The translations under genes and the position numbers were made by a program. 64,000 nucleotides of DNA, taken from the NCBI RefSeq assembly GCF_964355755.1, contig NC_092675.1:863812-927811 (forward strand), written 5' to 3'. The notes under the pieces were generated by a model. The model did not search any database, was not told where the DNA came from, and worked only from the letters and a program-made list of their open reading frames with translations. The DNA is from Antedon mediterranea. Its lineage: Eukaryota; Animalia; Echinodermata. This document shows positions 13,379-25,800 of the stretch, in pieces (the stretch's first letter is position 1; every line of letters begins with the position of its first letter).

Positions 13379-13627
13379 TCAGTTGACAGTACTGTTTATA
13401 AAAATGGTATGTTAGAATGTTTACATGACAGAATTACAGTTTATTCATTATATGCTATGGTGTAACAGAATGTTTTAATTAAATTTGAATATTATGCAGT
13501 GAGACATTTGACATTTGAATTCTATGAATTCTGTATAACTACAACAACTCAAGCTTGTGTGTTGAATTTTGCTGCATGTACTATGGCTACTCAGAGCGAA
13601 CCTTTCTCTTTATGATAAGCATATTAA

Positions 13628-13937
13628 AGCGTGGTTCTTCCTAGCAACGCAACGCAGTGTAATTGATGCAACATAAGAAAATTGCAATAATTTCCCCAAA
13701 TCAAACCTACTTGGTTGCGTCAGTGTGTGTTTCCTTGACTTGGTTCACCCCACATACTTAACTACGCGCTTTAGTATTATGTTTCTTTTGTGCATTGCTG
13801 TATGATGGTAAAATGAATTGATTTCGCGTAGCGACTGTTTGCAGCACTGTTGCGCCATCGGTTTCCTCTTGCCATTATGCAATATGGCACTTTGCGTTAA
13901 TACATCGTTGTGTTGCGTTGCTAATAAGAACCTCGCT
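13628..13937. mobile_element. MITE with ~30-bp imperfect TIRs, TTAA-flanked (Kolobok-like or Harbinger-like)
   Basis: AGCGTGGTTCTTCCTAGCAACGCAACGCA ... TGTGTTGCGTTGCTAATAAGAACCTCGCT, with TTAA on both sides (13624-13627, 13938-13941). Confidence 0.75.
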
Positions 13938-16900
13938 TTAAACATCTGAACTACAAGATAATTATTAAATCTGAAAAAAATGTTGGTAACAGTAGCTAGA
14001 TGTCAAATGAGATACAAAATGGAATAAATATAATGCTAAATCAAATCGTAAACAAATTTCTAAAAACATTCTTAGTTATTATTACTATTATCAATTTTCA
14101 TAAAAGGTTTAAGAAAAGATTAATTATAATTATTTTAAGTCAGTCAGATGGTTTCCTCTACTCTGAATAGTAGTGAATACTCACTATGAGTAGGATTTGA
14201 ACCTCTGACTTCCAGATTACTATAGGTCATATCTCTAGACCACATACAGTAGTTTGTTCTGATTACTAGGGTTAGCCTTTAAGCTAAAGAAAGCATCAGG
14301 TACTATCACTACCATGATGATACTTTTTTTTTAATGTCAGAGTGTTAAACAAAACTTATGAATATGTGTACAAATAATTTGACCAATTGTTTTAACCTAT
14401 AAATTATATCACTACTCATTCATAAGTAATAATCAAGGTAATAAAAATAAAAGTTCTTGGAAGCAAAACAAAACAGAATATCAAAAACTTGAATGACAAG
14501 TGGTTACAGCAATCAGTTGTAACTTTAGTACTGACCAAATGTCTGCAAATACTGCAGTTAAAACATAATTACTTTCCAAATAATTTTACATTACAACAAA
14601 AACTGTGATTTGAACAGTAAAAATAACTAATGATAATTAAAATTATTCTATTATTTAATATATCAATATATAGTTACAAATATTGAAAACAAGTCTATCA
14701 TCATTATTATACAGTGCTGTCTTTTGGAGTAAATTAAATTACTATATTCATATTCTCAGTTACAAACTAGAAAACAAACTAATGTAAAATAAAGTCTATC
14801 ATCAGTGAGTTAAAGCATTATAATTTATATGAATTTTGAGAGTGAATACTCTAAATCAATGATAAATGATGCGGTAGTCTGGGCATGGTTTCAGCCAGGC
14901 TGTCTTGCAAAACAAACAACATAATTGTGGTCTTAATTGCCTCATGTTATGTCACTTTACAGTGTGTATTTACTGCCTATGTAAATACACTTGTAATAAA
15001 TTAGTATAATTATATTCATTGTGCCATAAATGAATTATGAGGTAAGCAATTAATTAATTAGTTTGATCTGCCCTAATCTACAGTGATCTTTTATAATAAT
15101 TAATCTATGAAAGTTAATAAGGTCACAATTTATGATTACTGTGGTAAATGAATGCCATTAAAAATTTAGTGACATGTTTGTTACATATGTCATGTATTAA
15201 AATGATATATGATTACATAATAAGTAATGTAAAATTAATTGATATTAATATACAATACATTTTTCTGATATTGATATAGAGGTATTAGTTAAAATTATCA
15301 TTATTAATTAGTAAATTAATTCTTCTCAAGCTATTTTACTAGCCGTATTGGATGGGTACCATCTAATTAGTAAATCATGACCTCTCTGCGACCTGCTTGT
15401 GATGTAGAGAACAACGCTGAAAAGTACAGCATTTTCTGTGAAAATTTGTTGTTCTGATGACTGAATGACGAAAGAGGAATAAAAGGATAATATTGCAAAT
15501 CTTAAATTTAATGCTTTTATAATATGGATATATAGTAAATATAATTGCTTTAAAATTTATCATATCATAATCATTATGAATTATTATTCAAATATTAACA
15601 TATTATATAAAAGTGAAATTGAATAATTCTGTATTAAAATGACACCAATTTTTAAGAATAATAATAATCAAATACAAGTACAAATACGTTTATTCATCGA
15701 ATCAAAATAAACATATTTATATGTACAATATGTGTTTTTTTTTAAAAGAAAATGATGAAATGGGGTAGGTCTCATGAAACCAGAAGGTTTCTAGGAAAGG
15801 GACCTCAGATTAGTTCAATCAAAATAATATTTCAACAGAAAAAAAGAAAATGAGGAGAGAAGACCAAAAAATAGACAAGCTAATTTGTATATTAAAATTA
15901 CTTTTCCAAATAGCCAAATATCCCAACCCAACCAATAACACAGGAAGTGATGTAACCTGTCTACGTGCCAAGTGAAGCATCACTTGGTTGTCATGGTTAT
16001 TCTCCTTGTAGACTCTCTGGGAGGCTTGTTGGTTAACTTTTTTCTAGAATTTGAAATCTAAAAATAATTTAGTTTCTGAAGAATGTTTGTGTTAGATTAA
16101 AATGAAATGAATTTTATTTTTCAACAAAAAAAATGATCCATTGTCAGCAAATCGTAGGCCTACATGTTGATAAAAACAACAACACATTACATTTATTTGA
16201 ATATAGAAATATTTCTTAGAAATAAAGTGAAGAAAAAGATTGTTATTGTATGAAATCAAGTCAATCAACTTTTATTTGTTTCAATATATTATAATGTAAT
16301 AAAGTAATATTAAATAACTTATATTATAATATTATCTTACTCTTTGTAGAATAAGAATATGAAAGCAAAATAGTCCTTATATAATAATAATAATTAAATA
16401 ATAAATAATATTTTTTTCAATTATTTTCAAGTCATTTCCTTTTTCCATGTGGCTCTTCCATCATCAATTTATCATTTCCTTTATTACTGTACACGTTTTA
16501 TAGATAGCTCATCATCATTAATGATGTCACTATTTTAAACCACTCTGTCACCACCTGACAAAATGCTTTAAAAGTATGAAATACAGTATAGTATATCAGG
16601 AGCTGATCCTTACAGTGGAGTGCTTACATAACATTAAAGTTAGAAAGGAAAAATAGATATCAAAACGTTTCATTTAGCTTTAAACAGAGAGGTATAAACC
16701 AGTGTCATTTTATGTTAAAATGGTAGCATAATATGACTACCTAGGATAATTAACTGTATATATAAACTGTTGTTTTTGACAACATAATAATGGCTAAATC
16801 CTGTATATCACTGTACTATTTGTATTCCTGAAATTCTTTAGATTATAAAGGAAGTAATGAGTGCGCCCTCTATAATAGATGTATCATATAATCTGACGCT

Positions 16901-17169
16901 TTAATGCTTTTCTTACTGTACCAAGTTTATTCATTCAATAATGATATTATTATTAGTGGGATATCATTATGCCACTTATTGCATATTACCTTGCCTCAAA
17001 TTGTTAATAATTTAATTAATTATTAATATGAATTTCAAGCATACATTTAATGAAAAGATTATAGGTATTAAATTGATGATACGTATGAGTGGGAGAGAGA
17101 AGGAGAGAAAGGTAAAATATAATAGTAGGGATCATACTAGCATGTTAGAGGCGTAAGAATCATATTGCT

Positions 17170-17360
17170 TGATTGGATACTTTACTTTCAATTTCTCGTC
17201 CTTTGGATGAGACGTAAAGCTGTTTGTCCTTGCACATACATATTGCACAGAATTTGGTGCACTATTTGGAAAAGAGTAGGAGATGATCTCATGGTGTGCT
17301 GATCATGGTCTTCTTGGAGAACATCCTTGTACTGAAGAGGTCACCTGGTATAACAAAACA
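17170..17360 (+). mobile_element. Nin/Deu-domain SINE fragment (B-type body, A-type tail)
   Basis: gtcctttggatgagacgtaaagc...gcactatttggaaaagagtagg closely follows the Deu domain. Tail actgaagaggtcacctggtataa matches actgaagaggttacccagtataa of the 6105 copy. Confidence 0.7.
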
Positions 17361-18526
17361 TTTTTTAAAATCAAAATTTATGTAATGTAGTAAAGAAAAG
17401 AACCTCTGAAGAGGTCATCTAGCATAAAAAATATTTAAAAAAATAAAAATTAAATAAAATTTAGTAAAGAAAAAAGCCAGGTATACAAATAGAAAAAAAA
17501 TAATAGACTATTGGTAGACAGATGGTAGTATTAGCTTTAAGTTTGTTTTGTAAATGTTGGCATTTACCATGTTACCTAGATCTTGAATCAGGTTCAAGCT
17601 ATGTTACTAACCACATTATATTATTAATAACATAAAAAAATCAGTTGTTGAATGTTTTGACATAGAGTTTAAGGTAGTATTTACACTTTAGGAAATCATA
17701 AGTTTCCTTGCCTACCATCCCATGTGTAAAAAGCAGCTGAAGGTGTTTTTCATACGCTGTTTTTCATTTTGTCTTGTTGTATTGTTAATCAAGAAGTTCA
17801 ACTTTCACATAAATATTACAATTAATACAGGATAGAAAGTAGACAAAACTATGTCAAATTGAGTAGGATGAACACTATTTGAATTAAATCCATGTTTTAC
17901 AGGTTTTGACAAAAGAAAGGAACAGACAGAATATTCCAAAATTGATTCTTGGCAACAAGTGGTTAAAACAACCATTTGCATTTTTTATTTCTATATACTA
18001 TAGTACAACAGAACATTTTTCTAAAAAATGGGTGTTATTCTTGTGTTTACAATAAAATGTTATTTTAATAGCAGTAACTTCAAATAAGTTAAACCAAACA
18101 CCTTTTTCTTTCACAAACATTGTTTAAATGGCTTCCATTCTATTGTGTAGTTTTACACTTATGTTCACAAGTTAATTTTATTACTAATGGAGATAGTGAT
18201 CTTTATTTAAACACACTACTGTATTTAATAACTTATTTTCTGGCGTCACAATTTCACAAGGTTTACTGTGTTACTCTACTATTTTCAGTGCAAATTTTAC
18301 TATTATATTTTCACGTGTGGATTTCAGTTTTGTCATATCCTAACTTTTGTTGAAAGGAGAAAAAAAAGTGACAGGTGACAAGGTATAGACAGATTGATTA
18401 GGATGTTTCATTACTTCATTAATTATATCTTGTCTAATTCATTATGTAACCTGATTAAGTATTGTTCACAGTTATTACACATACATAACCTTAAGGATTG
18501 GAAACATAAAGGCAATAAAGTGGATA

Positions 18527-18712
18527 CAGTCAACTCTCCCAATACCGGACACCTTTGGGCCGGCCAAATAAGTCTGGTTTTCCGGAAAGTCTGGTATTCG
18601 GAATGTGTTTTTAATGGTAAATATAAATTTGGGACCTTTTGGTCCTCAAAAAAAGTCTGGTATTGGGAGAGTTTCTGGTTTTCAGAGAGTCCGGTATTGG
18701 AAGAGTTGACTG
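18527..18712. mobile_element. Tc1/mariner (pogo/Tigger-like) MITE, 186 bp
   Basis: 24-bp TIR CAGTCAACTCTCCCAATACCGGAC with one mismatch; TA on both sides; internal repeats of gtctggtatt. Accounts for the overlapping ORFs 18394..18741 and 18423..18785. Confidence 0.9.
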
Positions 18713-19272
18713 TATTTGATAATAGGATTTTTTTTTTGTAGAAAAATGTACATACTGTATAATTGAGGAAAATATACAATAACAAATATATATTTTTTTT
18801 AATAGTTCGAAACTAACAGAACAGATGAGTCAATCATAATAATATAATGTGCACAATAATTTGGTATAATATAATTTAACTTTACTAAATTTCCTATCTT
18901 TTAAAACTATGAAAACCATCTAAACAACATTACAACATTCACACACAAACAATTCTGTTAATGTTATATTAATAGGTAATTGTGGATGTTGTCTCAGTTT
19001 ATTCTGCTGAATAAATTTCATTGAAATTAATTATTCGATAGAATGAGTTCAAAATTTGTTTGGGCATCGCAATTAAATACCTCAGGCCAAGATTGTTCTA
19101 AATAACTGTAAATATTGATTACTAATCAAAGATGTTCACATGTGAAGATAATGTCTAATTTATTTTCTAAGCAAGTGCTCATAATATTTCCACTAACTTA
19201 TAGTATTCTAGAAATTTAGAAGAGGTTTTTGGTGTTTTTACCGGCTGTTTGGGGCAATGAAAACTCAGGATG

Positions 19273-19390
19273 GTAGTGGGCTGTAGCTTGGTGGTCAACA
19301 CGCTTGTCTTCCAATCATAAAGTCCAGGGTTCAATCTCAGGACTTCTTCTGCTGGACACTCTCTAACTTCAAATGAAACATAGGGTATTT
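19273..19390 (+). mobile_element. tRNA(Gly-like)-derived SINE 5' region
   Basis: TAGCTTGGTGG A box, cttccaa anticodon-like loop, GGTTCAATC B box, then acactctct... shared with the copy at 42190. Confidence 0.65.
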
Positions 19391-20668
19391 ACATAAACTG
19401 CGCAAGTCTGGAAAAAACTTCTGGAAAACAATAGCTAAACCATACCATTTGTCAATTTTATTTACTTGTTGTTGTTGTTGACAATAAAGGGATGATACTA
19501 TCTTGAACTTAAGTTAAGTTACAATTACTATAGTTAGATTATAAAGTAAAATAAAACATAATCAGAAAGTTTGGTCACAAATTAAAAATACTACAAATTT
19601 GATTTTAAATTTAATTCTACAATTTCCTTCTGGTTTTCATTATTCATTAAGTATACTGTCCAATTTTAATATTCAAGGTTTTTTATTTTCTATATAGGGC
19701 CAAATTGAACAAGATATCGGTCACCAAGGATACACAGATTGTGATAAAAGCCAAACGATCCAACGATCAGTTTGACAAAACATTTTTTTTTCTAAAATTG
19801 TTTAAAAGAGTTATTGTTATGTTGTAAATTTTAAATATCCTACCAACAATACATTTATACCGACTATGCGCTTGTACAGCATAAAACTATAAATCAGACG
19901 TCAATGTGATTTCTTCACTTGTGGTAATACCCAAGTATAAAATTGAACAATTGGTTAGGAAACAGCAGTTGTAACATGGATGCTTGTTTAAATATACGGT
20001 ATAGTGGTTTGATTTGTGTTTTTAGTTTATAAAATGTTGTTATAAATTAAATATCTTAGCCAACAACCATTTCCTATCAGTTTTTAACATTAATGTTCAA
20101 AATAAGATATCTTTAAAATGATTAAAAATAGTCATCTGACATGGATGCTGTCTGCCCTAGTTTTTAGAATTACCACCAAGTTGTGATGCTTCCAGAAAGA
20201 TCGAGGGAGGGAAATGCAGCGTAAGAATTTGCCACAAGGGACTCGTGAACTTAGGCGTCTTCACCAGGGATACCTTCCAATGATGTATCCAGGATCAGAG
20301 GCTAATATACGCTTTGTTAGGCCAAAGGGGTGTTAGGCTTAGAAAGTAAGGCCAAAGGGGAGTTAGCTTAGAAAGCATTATGCCAATTAAGGGTAGCATT
20401 AATATTGCAGTTTATTGCATTGATAACGTCAACAATTATGTATTGATTGTTTTTCAATTGACCACGTGGCTAAGTAATTGTTAGCAATACTAAACAGTAT
20501 TTTGTAACTTACTCTATCATACATATACTATACAATACTGACGTCTTAAGATATAAATTTATTTGAATTGCTTAAGATAAAGATAGATGTTAAATTTACC
20601 AATACAAATACAAACTTTAAAAGAGAGATCAGAAAAATATACTATCATGTGCTAACTTTAAGGCTTAA

Positions 20669-20807
20669 AGCTCTGTCTACACTATCAAACATTATGTGAC
20701 AAAACAATGTGATGTGCCCATAGTATATGGACATGATGATGTCATATCACTACCGTATTTGGACATCACACTTTTTTGTCAACTAGTTTGATAGTGTAGA
20801 CAGAGCT
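20669..20807. mobile_element. Short palindromic MITE (family AGCTCTGTCTACACTATCAAAC), copy 1
   Basis: Perfect 22-bp TIR AGCTCTGTCTACACTATCAAAC / GTTTGATAGTGTAGACAGAGCT; flanks TTAA / TTAG; two more copies in the window. Confidence 0.9.
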
Positions 20808-20859
20808 TTAGGGAGTGGAGTAGGGACAGTCATAGTTTACAAACCTGGCACTAGGTCAG

Positions 20860-20922
20860 CATTGAACTCTGGACCTTGGGATTGGATGACCAGAACATTA
20901 TAATTACCAAGCTACAGCTCCA
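20860..20922 (-). mobile_element. tRNA(Gly-like) SINE head fragment
   Basis: attgaactctggaccttgggattgga...accaagctacagctcca is the reverse complement of the 19273 head and near-identical to 42276-42337. Confidence 0.6.
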
Positions 20923-22730
20923 AAATATTCTACTTGTGGTCACTTTTGAAACCACCTGTTTTATTTGAAATTCTGTATCTGTCTGTTATGATGTTATACC
21001 ACTTCAATTATCACTCCTAAGGCTTGCATATTAAAGATATAGCGTGATGATAAAATATTGCTATTATTAAAAATCTAATACACTTACTGTTATTTTGTGC
21101 TATAAAGTGGTATTGTTACTGTAAGTGTATTAATCAACATATAGCTTTTTTACCTCACAATGTAAAGTGTTCTCTAAGTGGTAATTAATATACGTTATTC
21201 ATGAAATATGCTCCGTCACTAGCGTATAGATTTCATCCTAGTCTAATGGAAACTGTCATTTTCATACACCATGGAAACAAAGCTGTGGGAATAATGGTTC
21301 TGTTAGTTGCCATGGAAAATATGCCAAGGGAATTGAGATTTATTTAATGTAATATATTTTGTTAAATGGTTATCTTTCATTTCTATCTAATCCAAGGTTT
21401 TCATGATTAAATGTGTTACTTTGTAATTACATAGATATTGTAATATATTTCATGGTATTGTAAAGTTCATAAACATTAAAATCAATACTAAATTTACATA
21501 TTTCTATAAATGCGTAAAATACAGTTTATTTATTACTTTTACTTTCAAAATTTTACACTTAGAGAGCGTACGATTTGCGACCATCAATTATTGACTTCGT
21601 CATGTTAATTCATTGTTCGGGGAAATTGGACCATATTCTCTCGTTACCAACCTTTACACAGTTTTGATCATTTCTGCTGGTCCAGGTGCTGAAATTTGCT
21701 CATCTATGACACCTTCTATTAATCGTAACAGTACTGCAATATCACATTACTGGTCCAGATGATTATGAAATATACCGACACCATACCGGAATATTGTGAG
21801 CGAAGATTTTTCAAGTAGAAAACCATGGTTCCCACTGCTATAATGCAGTTCAGTCCTGTGAGAAGAGATATGATGTACGGTACTGGTGTGGTACCTCTTT
21901 AAAGTATAACACTGTACCTGTTTCGAGGGCACTATTTTTAAAATACTGCCTTGCAATGTTATATTACCTATTTTTTCATGGCATGTGAATGAAGTTTGAT
22001 ATTTGCAAAATTTTTCATACTATAATTTTGTAGACACAACAATTTAACATGAAGCATACATTTGTGATTCCATTGCACTAATACACGATCAACAGTATAA
22101 TTCAAAACTACACTCATCTAGAATCAGCGTCTGACAAATGATCATCGCTGTAATCCACACCAGATCTAGATGTTTATCCCCTCGCATGTTGTTTAAGACA
22201 CATGCGATTACATTAGGCTCAGCGGATTGGTCAGTTGTAAGCCTGCAAGATTTTCAGTACTTGGTGTCATTTAAAGTGTACATAGTATGTAATAAACATA
22301 CCCTGATTGTGGATTTCAAGAATCATAAGAGAGATTTTTAAATGATATAGATGATGCATGTATTATTGTTGCTTGGACTGGATTGTTATGATTCCGCCTT
22401 CTACATATTCTTTTATTGTCAAATCAAAATTACAAAAAATGAAATAAGACTGATGATAGACATTGGCACCAAAGTTAATTGAATTACTGTAGTGTAACAA
22501 AGTCCTACATAAATAATCATAAATTGAATACATTATATATTATGTATAAATAATAATATTTATATTGATTCTTATTTTTGTTTGTTATTGTACTGCCCCC
22601 ATATGCACACAAACTATACTGCGTGTAGTTGCACTTTGACTTCTCATTGCTGTCACAAATGAAATTGTTTAATTGAAAACAATGGTTTACTGTACTTCAA
22701 ATTAATTTCATTAAATTATTGTTTTTGCAG

Positions 22731-22813
22731 ACATCTGGAAGATGATGATAATTGTTAATCCAAAGAGATAACGTGTTTATGATTGGACAGTATTCTGTTG
22801 AACCATTTTAAAG
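22731..22813 (+). other. Candidate non-coding 5'-UTR exon of the ZMIZ gene (83 nt)
   Basis: Acceptor ttattgtttttgcag ends at 22730; donor AAG|GTAAAA at 22814. Splice-signal evidence only. Confidence 0.35.
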
Positions 22814-25800
22814 GTAAAATCTTAATCTTGTTTAGTATCGATATTTAAAAAAAGTCTCAAGCAACATCTTTTTACTTCTTTTTTTGGTAGGATAGGATAG
22901 ACAGATGCCTCTGTTCCAGCAAGCTCTCATGGGAGCTTCAAAGTGCTGGAGAACGGTGTGGTGTAAATGGTTCCTTTGCTTTTAATTTTTTGGTTATATC
23001 TATTCTTAGGATATTTTTGTGTGTAACATTGTATTAGGTTAATTTAGTCCTGTGTAAAATCCAGTATACAGCGGCTGCTAAAAACTCTACCCGACATTTT
23101 ATCTTTATTGCTTCGTAGCTGCGCGTTGCGATGAGGTATTGTGTTTTGATCGCAATCATAGAGCAGGTATTCGGCCAGGTACAATATTTGGTTAATATGT
23201 AATTACCTAGTAAATTTTCTACAATTATATGCCACACATTTTAATTAAAATGTGCTTATTAGTATTTATGAGTTGTTGGTATTTGGTTGCTCATTGGTGA
23301 TCTTAAGCAGACATGAACTCACTTGATGAAGTGAAGTTTCATCTGTTCTTAGAACTTGTTTCTTGTACAGTACCGTATTAATCATCGTTGTCAATAATTC
23401 CACTGACCCTAATGCCTTTTCATAAACTAGTAACAGGAATAACCAGTTTATTTCTTCTTGGTAGTATACAATCTCTCAACACTTATTCGAGCAGATTAGT
23501 TTATGTATTTTTTAAATTCTTCATTTTTATTATTTTAAAACCTGATTTGAATGATATTTCGTGACAGAAATGACTAGGGATTGTAATCTTGAGTGAGCAA
23601 ATGTACAGTACTTGAAACTGTCAGAATGTCCATTGGCTGAGGGCGCCATGATGATAGGTTCAAGGCTAAATGTAAGCGGTATTCTTTACACTAGAGGTGT
23701 CTGGCATATGGCTGTCTCAGCGGTCATCTCCCGTTCATCTTCAGATCGTTATCTGTCATTTCCCTCGAATGTCCAGTAGTAAAGTATTTTGAACTCTGTA
23801 AACAGTTATTGTCCCAGGAGAAATAATAAACTAATTTGATTTAACTGTCTTGCTTAAGTAATAATAGTATATTATAGACCTTGTCAATTTGAGCAGAAAA
23901 AGTATTTCTATTAAACAATTTTTTTTCCATTACAAAGTTAGCAGTTTTTTAATTGTTCTATATTTTAATTTATATGAATAAATTGTTCAAAAATAACAGA
24001 TTAAACAGTAGGGAAAAAATTATATAAAAATAACTGTATTTTTTAAGTTAAATAAAAATAGTAATAATTCCGTTCTTTAAAAATCAAGTACAGTATTATA
24101 ATAAATGTTTGATTTATAATTCAAAATATGCATCCTAAAACCCTTTCCCTCATTATTAATATAAAATAGACATTTTCACAAGAAAATATAGGACATTTAC
24201 CCATCACACGTATCTTATACTTATTATGAACTCTTTAATTACGATGACCTTGTTGGCATCCTTTGCAGCCGCAGCAGAGGGGCCTCAAAAGAAGACACAG
24301 ATGTACATGGGAGGAAGAAATTATAATTTGACGAGATTGTTGGAAAATTTTCAAGTTATGTCCAACCTAGAACATGATTGAAGGATTTGTCAATATCCAT
24401 CATGGGAAAAAGTAAAAATCTGCACCGATTTGTTTAATAACTTTCTCTCAGCACGATACTAATCGCGGAGGATATTCTCTCGTCAAGATGTGTTTACTAA
24501 ATGCATTCCTTGACGATTTAAACTATTTTTGACCCATGATGTTTATCGATTCGATCGACAGCAGTTTCACCGAGTTTGGTGGAGATTTGATTGATTGCTT
24601 TAAGATAACTGAGTTGGCGTTTTTAGTATGTTACACATATACCTTACAATTTGATATTAAAACGTATGGGTTTGTAAATTCTCGCCGGGATCGCTTAACT
24701 ACATGTCGTTTATGGTTTAAGAGAAAGATGTCTCGTCTTAAAATTTCTCTTGTATTTCATTTGGAAGATTCCATTGTTATAGCAGGTAGTCTCTGAAGAC
24801 ATTTTGAATTATGTGCTAATTTATATATTCCTTAAGTTTATTTAGTATATTAATTATTCTTTACCATTTCATTTTGGAAATTAACGTTTGTTTTGGTATG
24901 TCTAATGTATTCCGTGCAATTTAATGACTTTCGTTTTTTTTATTAATTCAAGGATAAAAAGACTAAAACTAACAATATATTCTATTTCTTATCTAAATCT
25001 AGAAAGCAGATAAACTCTTGGTGAAAGACATGATTAAAGTAAGGAGTACAATGATACCTTAGCATACCCCCATCTGACTCCTAGAAAGTCTGTCTCCCCC
25101 TTATAGACTCCCTCTCTCTTTACAATGTCATTTCCTAGAATTGATATTCTTTGGCATGCCTAACGTAAGTGTCTTTTTGGCATAGTTATCTTAAACATCA
25201 GTTTATTTTGTCGATTTGTGACTTGTGCAATATCTTTGTCCACTTCATATCGTTACATGTTCAAAATTTTTGGGGCGAGTCATGGCTTAATGTTTTTTAG
25301 TCATCTCCTTGTATAAATTCATGTTTTTTTTTCCAACAAGTATATTCTTAAAATTGTTAGTTCAGAAACACTTGAAAATTGCCATTTACTTTTAGAATAA
25401 ATTATTTTATGACTAAATAGTTTTACCATTGGTGAAGATTGGTGAAATGCACATCAACTGTTTGCCTGTTTTTTTTCCTGGATTCTCTAGTACAGGGTAG
25501 AATAGACAGAATAGATGTTGTTTGATGAAAATCACTACGGCCTACAGTATCTCCCAGTGCATCTGTTGTAACTTCACAAAGCCCTAATCCAAATTTCCGT
25601 ATAAATATTCAACAAAGCCGGATTAGCTACATTATTTATTTTTTTACATTCAAATTTAAAGAAATGAAGTTAAAGAACAGAGTGCATCCATCTGTTGTTA
25701 ATACAAAACTCCCATATGTCTTCCTGTCTACCCGTATTCATTGTGGCAAACGTTGAAAAAATGTTGTTTTATACACTCCTTCAATGATAAATAATCCTAA

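Noticed and set aside
15454-15473. Hammerhead ribozyme core CTGATGA...GAAA
   Set aside because: No stem II pairing and no convincing stems I or III. The CTGAAGAG in the SINE tails likewise lacks a downstream GAAA.
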